Positions 17,386 to 26,225 of a DNA stretch of 64,000 nt are shown piece after piece. The position numbers were made by a program, and so were the translations under genes. The stretch lies in contig DEAM01000027.1 in NCBI GenBank assembly GCA_002347035.1, positions 23,881-87,880 on the forward strand, written 5' to 3'. Each line of letters opens with the position of its first letter. Within the stretch, counting starts at the first letter, position 1. The notes beneath the pieces were generated by a model. The model ran no database searches, had not been told where the DNA came from, and saw nothing but the letters and a program-made list of their open reading frames with translations. Source of the DNA: Gemmatimonadales bacterium UBA2982 (GTDB lineage: Bacteria > Gemmatimonadota > Gemmatimonadetes > Longimicrobiales > Gaopeijiaceae).

Positions 17386-18780
17386 TTATACCTGTCCCTC
17401 CTCTCCGCCGGACACTGCTAGTCCGCCCGCCGGATCCGTAGCACTCGGTGCATCTGGGTTGAGACCTTTGGGTAGCGCCCTAAATACACCTCTCAAAATC
17501 CAGACTGTCCCGACAATGATTAGTCCCAACATTGTCCAACGCAGCAGCGTCGCGGTGAAGCTCACGTCCATCACGGGCGCACTAAAGTCATAAAGAATCA
17601 GTTCACTTCCTCGCTCAGTCATCCAGTGCCAGCCCGTATGCGCCAAAAAAGCCGAGAGCACGATGGTACCCATCACCTCAGGCAACCAACGACTAAATAG
17701 GAAATTCAGCACGGGGATCGTTAGAGCAAGCACAAATAGCTGGCCCAGTTCCACTCCCACGTTGAAGGATAGGAGCGAGGTCAGTAGATGGGCGCCAGCA
17801 AACTGCAACGACTCAGAAAGCGCGAATGAGAAGCCAAACCCGTGGATAAGCCCAAACCCAAAAGCGATCATCCAGCGTCTGTGCAACTTCGCGCCAATAA
17901 TATTCTCAAACGCCATGAAGACTATTGAGAGCGCGATCAGCGTTTCGATCAATGGTGGAAACCAGAGAACGTTAGGCGCCAGACCAAGAGCCGAGGCAAT
18001 TAACGTGATCGAATGCGCGATCGTAAAGGAGGTCACAATCGGTACTAACGCCCAAAAACTCCTGAATGGAACGACTAGGCAGAACAGAAAGAGTAGATGG
18101 TCGATCCCGTCGAGGATGTGATCAAAACCTAGAACTATGAACCGCCACGCAGCCTGGTGCCAACGCGGATCTAGCCGGAAGAGGCCGAGGTTGCCGGTGT
18201 ACTGGAACGCACGCTCAGCGCCACCCGCCGGCAAAAAGCGAAGGACAGTGAGTGTCCGGATCCCGAGATGGGCCCACCTTGCATCGATCGTAAATTCTGA
18301 TTCCTCAGACATGATCGGCCACTCCAGGAGCACATCTAGCATTGCCTGCTGAAGTGGAAGCTCGGTAGTCGGAGGCAACTGAGCTGACCGGACATTGGCT
18401 AAGGCAGTCTCATAGCTCTCAAATGCTCGGTCACCGGGGAAGGCAATCCGTACCTCAGTGACTTCAGGAAGGCCGAGCGACGTATCACCCTCAAACATCA
18501 CTACGTAATTCCTTACCCACTGAACCGCAGCTTCCTGGCTGAGCTCTGTGGCCTCTTCGATCTCGAGATAGCCAGGATCGCGAACTGGAAAAATGTAGTC
18601 GCGCATCGAAGGGAGTGGCACTCGGACGAGAGCCCTGATGACGTCACCCTCGGGGGCCACAAAGGCCTGCAGGGTGACATCAGCCGGTATTTCATGGGCT
18701 TCGCCCGACCATGTCGGCAATAGAAGCACAAGGCCCACGATAAGCGCGGCGATGCGTCGAAAACGAATGGAGTCAGACAT
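17386..18780 (-). CDS. HupE/UreJ family metal (Ni/Co-type) permease-like membrane protein with large N-terminal periplasmic domain
   Basis: Signal peptide followed by His at the predicted mature end (SGEA/HEIP). HILDGIDHLLFLFCLV motif and six C-terminal TM helices. Confidence 0.8.
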   Translation of the reverse strand: MSDSIRFRRIAALIVGLVLLLPTWSGEAHEIPADVTLQAFVAPEGDVIRALVRVPLPSMRDYIFPVRDPGYLEIEEATELSQEAAVQWVRNYVVMFEGDTSLGLPEVTEVRIAFPGDRAFESYETALANVRSAQLPPTTELPLQQAMLDVLLEWPIMSEESEFTIDARWAHLGIRTLTVLRFLPAGGAERAFQYTGNLGLFRLDPRWHQAAWRFIVLGFDHILDGIDHLLFLFCLVVPFRSFWALVPIVTSFTIAHSITLIASALGLAPNVLWFPPLIETLIALSIVFMAFENIIGAKLHRRWMIAFGFGLIHGFGFSFALSESLQFAGAHLLTSLLSFNVGVELGQLFVLALTIPVLNFLFSRWLPEVMGTIVLSAFLAHTGWHWMTERGSELILYDFSAPVMDVSFTATLLRWTMLGLIIVGTVWILRGVFRALPKGLNPDAPSATDPAGGLAVSGGEEGQV

Positions 18781-18923
18781 AGAGGTGAAGCTACCAGAAT
18801 CGAACCTGCTTAGGCTACCTCATCATATTAACCTATAAAATGATTGCCGGAACGCTTCTGAGAGTGTAGGCTTCCCGTCCGGGCCAAATTGGCCCTGCTC
18901 TTTTCTTGCAGGGAGATGGATCG

Positions 18924-20147
18924 ATGCAGAAGCGCAACTTGACCTACGGTGTGGCTCTTGTAGCCCTGATCACGGTCGTCGCGTGCGCCGCTGAGGCAAT
19001 GGATGACATGGCTGCCGCGGCACCAGGAGACGTACCGCTGTTCCAGGTAGACCCATTCTGGCCAAAGCCGTTACCACAGAACTGGCTTATCGGCCCCACC
19101 ATCGGTGTGGACGTTGATTCCAATGACCATATATGGATCGTCCATAGGAATACGGAGAATCAGTTTGCAGCCCGTACCGAGATCGGCCTAGCCCAAGATC
19201 CACCGCTAGCCTCCTGCTGCCAACCAGGATTCCCGGTCATGCGCTTTGATCAGGACGGAAACCTCGTTGACGCGTGGGGAGGTCCTGGAACGGAAACCGG
19301 CGACTATACATGGCCAGAGTCAAACCACGGAATCACCGTGGACAACATGGGTAATGTCTGGATCGGCGGAAATGGCGGCCAGGACCGCCACATCCTTAAG
19401 TTCACCAGCAGCGGCGAGTTTCTCGGCCAGTTTGGTGAACCCGGAGCAGCGATCGACAGCAACAGCGACACCAATTTCGGCATGGTTGCTAAGGTCTCCT
19501 TCGACGAGGAGAACAATGAAATCTATGTAGCCGACGGATACGCCAATCAGCGAGTTGCTGTTCTTGATGCTACGAGTGGGGACATGAAACGCTACTGGGG
19601 AGCATACGGGAACAGGCCTACCGACGAGCGTCCACCAGCATATGTCCCAGGTGAGACACCGCCGCAGGACTTCCGGACTCCTGTCCACTGCGCAGACCGG
19701 GCCAACGACGGCATGGTTTACGTATGTGACCGCCCGTCCAACCGGATATCGGTGTTTACGACTGAGGGTGAATTCGTCAAGGAATCAATCATCGCTCCAG
19801 CAACTCTGTCTCAGGGTTCAACATGGGATGTGGACTTCTCACCGGACCCCGGACAGCAGTTCATGTACATGGCTGACGGTCAGAACATGAAGGTCTATGT
19901 GATGGACCGTGAGTCTCTTGAAGTGCTCTATAGCTTCGGGGACGGTGGCCGCCAGCCTGGATTGTTCTTTGCGCCGCACTCCATTGCGGTCGACACGGAT
20001 GGCAACATCTACACCACCGAAACCTACGAAGGGTCACGGCTCCAGAAATTTGTGAACATGGGAATGGGCCCGAACCCCGGTGGAGACATTGGTCCAGCAT
20101 GGCCTGCAGACCGTAAGAGCGGAGAATACGGATGGCGGTTCAACTAG
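18924..20147 (+). CDS. NHL-repeat six-bladed beta-propeller lipoprotein (peptidylglycine amidating lyase-like fold)
   Basis: MQKRNLTYGVALVALITVVAC lipobox. Repeated blade motifs (HGITVDNMGNVWI, IYVADGYANQRVAVLD, VYVCDRPSNRISVF, HSIAVDTDGNIYTTE). The ORF-track TTG 18906 is 6 codons upstream. Confidence 0.8.
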   Translation: MQKRNLTYGVALVALITVVACAAEAMDDMAAAAPGDVPLFQVDPFWPKPLPQNWLIGPTIGVDVDSNDHIWIVHRNTENQFAARTEIGLAQDPPLASCCQPGFPVMRFDQDGNLVDAWGGPGTETGDYTWPESNHGITVDNMGNVWIGGNGGQDRHILKFTSSGEFLGQFGEPGAAIDSNSDTNFGMVAKVSFDEENNEIYVADGYANQRVAVLDATSGDMKRYWGAYGNRPTDERPPAYVPGETPPQDFRTPVHCADRANDGMVYVCDRPSNRISVFTTEGEFVKESIIAPATLSQGSTWDVDFSPDPGQQFMYMADGQNMKVYVMDRESLEVLYSFGDGGRQPGLFFAPHSIAVDTDGNIYTTETYEGSRLQKFVNMGMGPNPGGDIGPAWPADRKSGEYGWRFN

Positions 20148-20170
20148 GCTAAGTCCCGCTGCAGAAATTA

Positions 20171-20208
20171 GACGGCCCCGCCCTGGAAGGGTGGGGCCGT
20201 CATTTTTT
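20171..20208 (+). terminator. rho-independent terminator
   Basis: 13-bp GC-rich stem GACGGCCCCGCCC / GGGTGGGGCCGTC (one G-U pair), loop TGGAA, then ATTTTTT. It is 24 nt after the stop at 20147 and lies between convergent genes. Confidence 0.75.
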
Positions 20209-20270
20209 ATAAGATTGGCAAACAGCTAAAACAAACCAAACGATTATCCCCTCGTCTGGCAGACCCTTAG

Positions 20271-21320
20271 CTAGCCCACCAGAAGAATGACCACCACAGC
20301 TAGTGCCACAAGCACTGCCAAGATGATCCCGACGATAGAGTTCGCCCCGTAGCTGCCATCCGAGACAGCTTCTTTGGCACTCTCAACGATAGGTAGAGGC
20401 TCTTCTTCCAAATCTTCCGCCTGAAGTGCCACTTCACTGAAATGCTCAGAATCGGCTTCAGGGCTGTATGAAAGGATTTCCTTGGAGGGTGGAGTAGCTC
20501 GAGGGACCTGACCGTACTCGGCTATAGCAACGGAGATGTTGTCATCACTTCCACCTTCAAAGGCTTCTATAACTAATGACTTCACTGCATCCTGAGGAGC
20601 TAGTGACTTAGTGAACAGATCCCTTAGTTGTTGATCACGAAGCACCTTATACAACCCATCTGAACAAATTAGGAAAGCGGTATCTTGCTCAATCAGAGAG
20701 GGACCGAGAACATCGACCTCTACTTCTTCTTGCGTGCCAATAGCGCGAGTTAGGACGTCCTTCCATGGAGTACGCATCGCCTCATCCTCAGACTGGCCTT
20801 GCTTGATCGCTTCCGCCATGAACGAATGATCCTCAGTCAGTTGTTGAATCTCATCAGAAGAGATCTGATAACCACGGCTGTCCCCCACGTTGGCGATCAT
20901 GTATTCGTCACCATCCAGGAGCAGGGCAACGAGGGTAGTTCCCATGCCTTCCTGGCCAGGTTCAGTACCGCCGCTGTGGACGCGCTCATTTGCTAACCGA
21001 AAGGCAGCGGCGAGTCCCTCTCCATCTTCCAGTGCTGAGACCAACGTTTCCAGTGCGAGATCACTAGCCACTTCCCCTGCTGCATGTCCACCCATCCCGT
21101 CCGCTACAGCAACAAGGGTTCGTCCATCTGAGAGGTTCTCTGCAAAAACCGAATCCTCTTGGTATGGTCTTCGCCCTGCGATTGACTCTACAGCAAGCCG
21201 TGGCGAATCAGCCAACCGTCCACCCTTAGTAAGAAAAGGAAGGCCAGAAAGAGCATACAGATAGATCTCCCGGTGAGATGGAGCAAGAACACTCTTGGTT
21301 GCCCAAGATCCTAGAGCCAT
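20271..21320 (-). CDS. PP2C-family Ser/Thr protein phosphatase with C-terminal membrane anchor
   Basis: PP2C motifs RPYQEDS, VADGMGGHAAGEVAS, VGDSRGY and SDDNISVAI. C-terminal TM segment IVGIILAVLVALAVVVILLVG. Confidence 0.85.
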   Translation of the reverse strand: MALGSWATKSVLAPSHREIYLYALSGLPFLTKGGRLADSPRLAVESIAGRRPYQEDSVFAENLSDGRTLVAVADGMGGHAAGEVASDLALETLVSALEDGEGLAAAFRLANERVHSGGTEPGQEGMGTTLVALLLDGDEYMIANVGDSRGYQISSDEIQQLTEDHSFMAEAIKQGQSEDEAMRTPWKDVLTRAIGTQEEVEVDVLGPSLIEQDTAFLICSDGLYKVLRDQQLRDLFTKSLAPQDAVKSLVIEAFEGGSDDNISVAIAEYGQVPRATPPSKEILSYSPEADSEHFSEVALQAEDLEEEPLPIVESAKEAVSDGSYGANSIVGIILAVLVALAVVVILLVG

Positions 21321-21521
21321 GGAGATAATTCACATTGATTCAGGATAGACGATCCCATATTAGAAGCTTGCTCCCCCTGTTGTTGATTGGATCAATGCCC
21401 ACCAACATCATGCCAGCACTTCATCGCTAGTCCAAAGACTAAGCGGGTTGAGACCTGACTAACGGTTGCGTCATCCCGTCCTTCGCTGGAGCTTGGCGCT
21501 AACCTGAGGAGAGCAAATAGC

Positions 21522-21650
21522 ATGTTACATGAAGGACCCCACCGGGAAGACACTCAGCCAAAATTCCAACGCACGCTCATAAATGTCCTGATTGTTCAGG
21601 TCGTGGTTCTCGTAATTCTTGGCTTCCTCCAGATGTTCTACGCCGCCTAG
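21522..21650 (+). CDS. small (42-aa) single-TM protein, candidate symporter accessory subunit
   Basis: ATG preceded by GAGGAG 10 nt upstream. Sequence MLHEGPHREDTQPKFQRTLINVLIVQVVVLVILGFLQMFYAA. Its stop is 6 nt before the SSS start. It is below the ORF-track size cut-off. Confidence 0.5.
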   Translation: MLHEGPHREDTQPKFQRTLINVLIVQVVVLVILGFLQMFYAA

Positions 21651-21656
21651 CTGAAT

Positions 21657-23330
21657 ATGCACTGGATCAACTGGTTGATTGTGGTTGTTTACCTCGCCTA
21701 TGTCATAGTTGACGGGGTCCGAAAGTCGAAGGACACGGATACCATATCAGGCTATTTCGTAGCTAACAAAAGTCTTGCTTGGTGGGTCGTTGGCCTAAGT
21801 GTAATGGCCACCCAACTCTCTGCCGTCACGATGATTGGCACAACGGGACAGGGTGCCACAGACGGGATCCGCTTTGTCCAGATCTACTTTGGGCTACCCC
21901 TGGCAATGGTGATCCTAGGCGTGACTATCGTCCCAATGCTCCATGGCTCTGGAGTTTACACGGCATACGAGTATTTGGAGCGTAGATTCGATGCGAAAAC
22001 TCGGTCGTTTACTGCCTTGCTCTTTCTACTGTCCCGCGGGATGTCATGCGGCACGATTCTCGCTGCACCAGCAGTCGTTTTCAGTGCCATCTTCGGCCTT
22101 CCACTTGTATGGAGCGTAGCACTGATTGGCATTCCAACCGTGATTTACACCATGATAGGAGGCGTTCAAGCTGTTGCTTGGGCGGATGTCAAGCAGATGG
22201 TCCTGATCATTGTAGCTCTGCTTGCAGTCATGGTCGTGCTTGTGATTCAGATGCCGGTTAGTCCGAATGATGCTCTCCGGATTGCTGGCTCTACCGGAAG
22301 ACTCCAGGCTTTCGATTTCTCATTCAATATCAATGAGACATACACGTTTTGGTCGGGTGTCATCGGTGGGACATTCCTGATGCTCTCATATTTTGGTACC
22401 GACCAGAGTCAGGTTCAGCGCTTTCTCACAGCCCGGTCTGTCAACGAAGCCAAGAACTCGCTTCTTATGAGTGCCTACTGGAAGATCCCATTACAAGGGC
22501 TGGTGCTGGTGGTGGGAATTGGAGTGTTCGTCTACTACCAGTTTGTGCGCCCTCCGTTGCTCTACAACCCTGCCCATGAAGCAGCGGTAGTAGCGGATCG
22601 CGGTTCAGCCTACTCTGCCCTCGAGCGTCGTTATTCTGATGCCTTTACCCTTCGGGAGTCTGCAGCGCTCGCAGTTGCGGATGCTGACGAAGACACTCTT
22701 CGAGCTGATGCTATAGCGACTTTTCTTGAGAGAGACGGTGAGATCGAATCTCTTCGAGCTGAAGCACTCGCACTTGCAGGCGAAGTCACGGATGAGGCAA
22801 CCAGTGACGTAAATTACATCGTCCCCCGCTTCGTGTTATCGGAGTTGCCAATCGGCTTAGCGGGACTTTTCATCGCGGGAGTGCTGGCGGCGGCGATGTC
22901 GTCTATTGCGGCCGAACTGAACGCGCTCGCCACTGCTAGCGTCATCGACTTTTACCGACGTTGGGTGAATCCTGACGCCCTAGATTCTCATCTACTCAGA
23001 GTCTCTAAAGGTGCAACCGCGTTTTGGGGGATCTTTGCTTGTGTGGTTGCCACTTATGCTGCCACGCTCGGATCTCTCATAGAGGTTGTAAACCGCTTCG
23101 GATCATTTTTCTATGGCTCAATCCTTGGCGTTTTTCTACTGGCAATGATCCCTCGGGCCAAAGGATGGGGTGCCTTTCTCGGCCTTATTTCAGGTATGAC
23201 AACCGTGGGATATTTCAACTTCAGAACCGACGTTGCGTATCTATGGCAAAATCTTATCGGCGCCGCAGTAGTGCTCGCGGTCGGCATCGCACTTGGCAGC
23301 TTTGGAGAAAAGAGTAAGAGCGAAGCTTAG
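21657..23330 (+). CDS. sodium:solute symporter (SSS) family transporter
   Basis: 557 aa, polytopic, with SSS-type N-terminal helices and a long charged cytoplasmic loop (about aa 300-390). Confidence 0.9.
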   Translation: MHWINWLIVVVYLAYVIVDGVRKSKDTDTISGYFVANKSLAWWVVGLSVMATQLSAVTMIGTTGQGATDGIRFVQIYFGLPLAMVILGVTIVPMLHGSGVYTAYEYLERRFDAKTRSFTALLFLLSRGMSCGTILAAPAVVFSAIFGLPLVWSVALIGIPTVIYTMIGGVQAVAWADVKQMVLIIVALLAVMVVLVIQMPVSPNDALRIAGSTGRLQAFDFSFNINETYTFWSGVIGGTFLMLSYFGTDQSQVQRFLTARSVNEAKNSLLMSAYWKIPLQGLVLVVGIGVFVYYQFVRPPLLYNPAHEAAVVADRGSAYSALERRYSDAFTLRESAALAVADADEDTLRADAIATFLERDGEIESLRAEALALAGEVTDEATSDVNYIVPRFVLSELPIGLAGLFIAGVLAAAMSSIAAELNALATASVIDFYRRWVNPDALDSHLLRVSKGATAFWGIFACVVATYAATLGSLIEVVNRFGSFFYGSILGVFLLAMIPRAKGWGAFLGLISGMTTVGYFNFRTDVAYLWQNLIGAAVVLAVGIALGSFGEKSKSEA

Positions 23331-23335
23331 GGATG

Positions 23336-25999
23336 CTACTGTCGCGCCGCGTAGGCCCTCCAATCAGCAGCATCCACTGAAATCAAATTCGCAAAAAGCC
23401 GGTACGCTCCTGGCACGCGGGCTGACCATTGTCGGAAGAACGAGAGGGCCGTAAACACGAAGATGCCCTCACCGACTTGGGTTACAAGCAAGGAACCATG
23501 GCGTGGCTCTTCCCCAGGGTCATTAAGCTCCAAAATAGGCTCGTATGAGTCATCCCAGTCTGACGCGAAGTACAGCCCACGCTCCTGCACCCACCCCTCA
23601 AAATCATCCTCCCCGATACGGTTGGGAGACATGAGGATGGGAGCTTCTGGGTCTAGCATACGAATTGGTGCTGTCTCGTCAGCCACACGTGGCGAGCCCC
23701 TGCCAGTCCGCAAGGGCCTCGGAGCCAGGCTTCCAAATGGGCCGCGGTTGTACTGAGCTACTATCGTCCCCCCTGCACGAGCGAAATCAAGCAATTGGTC
23801 ACTCGCAGCCTGAAGAGCCTCACGCGTCTCATAAGACCTGACTCCAAGTACAATTGCGTCGAAAGTAGCAAAGTCACCAGCACGAAGCTGATCGTCGTTA
23901 AGTACTTCGACTCCAACTCCTAGCTGACGAATTGCCTCTGGCCCACTGTCCCCTGAACCCATCACATATCCTACGTGCAGACCTTCTGCGACCGACACTG
24001 GCACGACTGTCACCGTCACCTCAGCCGGAGAGAATAGAGCAGCACGCTCAACGTGATCGTAATCAATGAGAGAGTACCCTTCCGAATACGAATTACCCTC
24101 ATCCGTCCTCGCTTGGACCTGAAACACGTGCTCTCCAGCCATGGCACTGCCAAATGGAGTGATACGGAAAGTCAATGTGCGCTCTGACCCAGCCTCCGGA
24201 AGATCGAACGCGTGAGAATTGGGGGTAGCTGACCAGCCGCTTGGGATCTGCAGAGACAAGTGGCCACGACTACCTCCCTCTGCCTCGTTCCTCAATACAA
24301 CCGACACTGACGCTGGCTCGGAGCGGCTAGCCGGCCATACGACCCCCCGAGGCATTACCTCCACCGATACACTTGGTACGATAAGTACTGGCTCCTCGAA
24401 CTGGCCCAGGCCGGGGTCAACACCCACATAACGCCATGAAGCGGATGTAGAGACTCGCGGAGCCGCGGACTGACCACCGAGCTGTGCTTCGAATGACACC
24501 GAAGCACCCACGGGTTCAGGATCACGAGGCAGGCCCCAGAGATCTGGTTCGTCAGGCCAACGATACCAAGCGCCGTCGCGATTTTCCCGCAGGTAGTAGA
24601 GCTTTGACAGGTCTGCATCAGAAGGCACATTGACGTGATACGTCCAGGTCACAAGCGAACCAGGTATGACGGAGCCATCAAGCTCAAGACCCTCAACAGA
24701 CACCTCCGAGACATCCCAGCCATAAGCCACATCGAGATCAATAGCAGGTTCGACAAGACTGAAGTCACTTGCATTCCATAGGCGGGCCATCACAGTCGCC
24801 ACCTGACCTGGAACGACTAACTCATCATCCACTATGAGGTCGAAACTGAGACCGGAAGCAGCCATAAAGGCTTGAGTTACTAGTTCGATCTTCCGTCCGA
24901 GTGCCGCATATAGTTCTGTGTCACCTTCGCCATCCGAAGCCGCCAAAGCCTGTTGAAGATGCCTGACCGCCTCACCTAAGTCACCGGCGATGACAGATGG
25001 GTTCAAGCCAAATCCCTCCACAGCCCGGCGAACCGAGGTGCGATAAGATTCGAGGTGCCTCCGGGTCGCAGCCGCCTCTGCCATGGGCAAGACCGCTGTA
25101 AGACCAACTAGCGTCGTATCGACACCCTCAAACATCCCTCCGTCTTCCCCTCCCACTCGACTCTCAATAAAGCGGACGCCAGTTGCTCGAAGTCCAGGTG
25201 CCTGGATTGCACCCATATCTTGAGAACGATGCTGGCTCCGACTCTCGCGGGATAGTTGATACAGTGAGCGCCCCAGTAAGGGGTCCCGGGACCCCATCTG
25301 GATCTGGATCGCATCAGCTGGAGGATCACCACCACTCCGAAAAAAGCCACGGGCTGATTCGTATAGTTTTGCCGGAGCCCAGGCCTCTACGCCCCGCGAA
25401 AGCTGATCCGAAAAGCGACTCGGATCTCCAGCAGCTGAAAAAGCCTGCCTGGCCATAATACCCGCTGCCTGGTGCTGTCCGTGCCCGTCCCGTGGGGTGC
25501 CACTGAAAACCGAGACGACTACATGAGGCCGAAATTGACGGATAACCCATACCACATCAGAAAGAAGCTCTTCATTTGGCCATAACGACAAAGCTTCATC
25601 CGCGCTTTTCGAGTAGCCGTAGTCAAACGCTCGCGTGAAGAACTGGGCACCACCATCCAGACTCCGGGAAGCCACGAGTTCGCCCGAGCGGATGACCCCC
25701 AGACCCTCGAATAGCTCTGGCCCAATAAGGTTCTGCCCGCCACCACCTCTTGTCAGAGAGAGATAGGCGGTCTCGACACCCCAGCCACGTGCCAAGGTAG
25801 TTAAGAGGCCCGTATCCTCGTCGTCCGGATGCGCCCCGATCATAAGAACACGCTTCACACCATCTAGCTGCCGGAGAAGGAGTCCCGTAGCAACTGCACC
25901 GTTGCCCTCCATCGATTGAGCGGCTAACGGACTACTAAGCACCAGCCCTATTAACAGGGTCACGAAGAATCGATGAAATCCTCTGAGCCTCATATGCAT
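23336..25999 (-). CDS. secreted PIG-L/LmbE-family deacetylase fused to large middle and GATase1/ThuA-like C-terminal domains
   Basis: Signal peptide, then the LmbE motif VLMIGAHPDDED and HxxH-type GHGQHQAAG. 887 aa in total. C-terminal FDAIVLGVRSYE...GGTIVAQYN resembles class-I amidotransferase-like folds. Confidence 0.8.
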   Translation of the reverse strand: MHMRLRGFHRFFVTLLIGLVLSSPLAAQSMEGNGAVATGLLLRQLDGVKRVLMIGAHPDDEDTGLLTTLARGWGVETAYLSLTRGGGGQNLIGPELFEGLGVIRSGELVASRSLDGGAQFFTRAFDYGYSKSADEALSLWPNEELLSDVVWVIRQFRPHVVVSVFSGTPRDGHGQHQAAGIMARQAFSAAGDPSRFSDQLSRGVEAWAPAKLYESARGFFRSGGDPPADAIQIQMGSRDPLLGRSLYQLSRESRSQHRSQDMGAIQAPGLRATGVRFIESRVGGEDGGMFEGVDTTLVGLTAVLPMAEAAATRRHLESYRTSVRRAVEGFGLNPSVIAGDLGEAVRHLQQALAASDGEGDTELYAALGRKIELVTQAFMAASGLSFDLIVDDELVVPGQVATVMARLWNASDFSLVEPAIDLDVAYGWDVSEVSVEGLELDGSVIPGSLVTWTYHVNVPSDADLSKLYYLRENRDGAWYRWPDEPDLWGLPRDPEPVGASVSFEAQLGGQSAAPRVSTSASWRYVGVDPGLGQFEEPVLIVPSVSVEVMPRGVVWPASRSEPASVSVVLRNEAEGGSRGHLSLQIPSGWSATPNSHAFDLPEAGSERTLTFRITPFGSAMAGEHVFQVQARTDEGNSYSEGYSLIDYDHVERAALFSPAEVTVTVVPVSVAEGLHVGYVMGSGDSGPEAIRQLGVGVEVLNDDQLRAGDFATFDAIVLGVRSYETREALQAASDQLLDFARAGGTIVAQYNRGPFGSLAPRPLRTGRGSPRVADETAPIRMLDPEAPILMSPNRIGEDDFEGWVQERGLYFASDWDDSYEPILELNDPGEEPRHGSLLVTQVGEGIFVFTALSFFRQWSARVPGAYRLFANLISVDAADWRAYAARQ

Positions 26000-26225
26000 T
26001 CCAGTCTCATTTTGCCACGCTTTCCTGAACGCGGAAGCAAAAGATAGACCTAGGACCTGCTGGGGGAACAGATGAACTTATACAGGTGCCTATCCCGGAG
26101 CCTGCCCCTGCTAGGGTGATAGTCTAGATCACTGCCTGTTGGGAGCCCAAAGCTCGGAATATCTTGGGCACGCTTATGCCACTCTATAGAGCCACTTTCA
26201 CTGGTAACTTGCCGGAGCGCATTTA

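Noticed and set aside
21321-21521. Possible riboswitch or leader in the long 5' regions of the SSS (21321-21521) and NSS (26000-26225) transporter genes
   Set aside because: I could not recognise glycine, preQ1, TPP, cobalamin or other conserved riboswitch cores, or convincing terminator/antiterminator pairs, by eye. A covariance-model scan would be needed.
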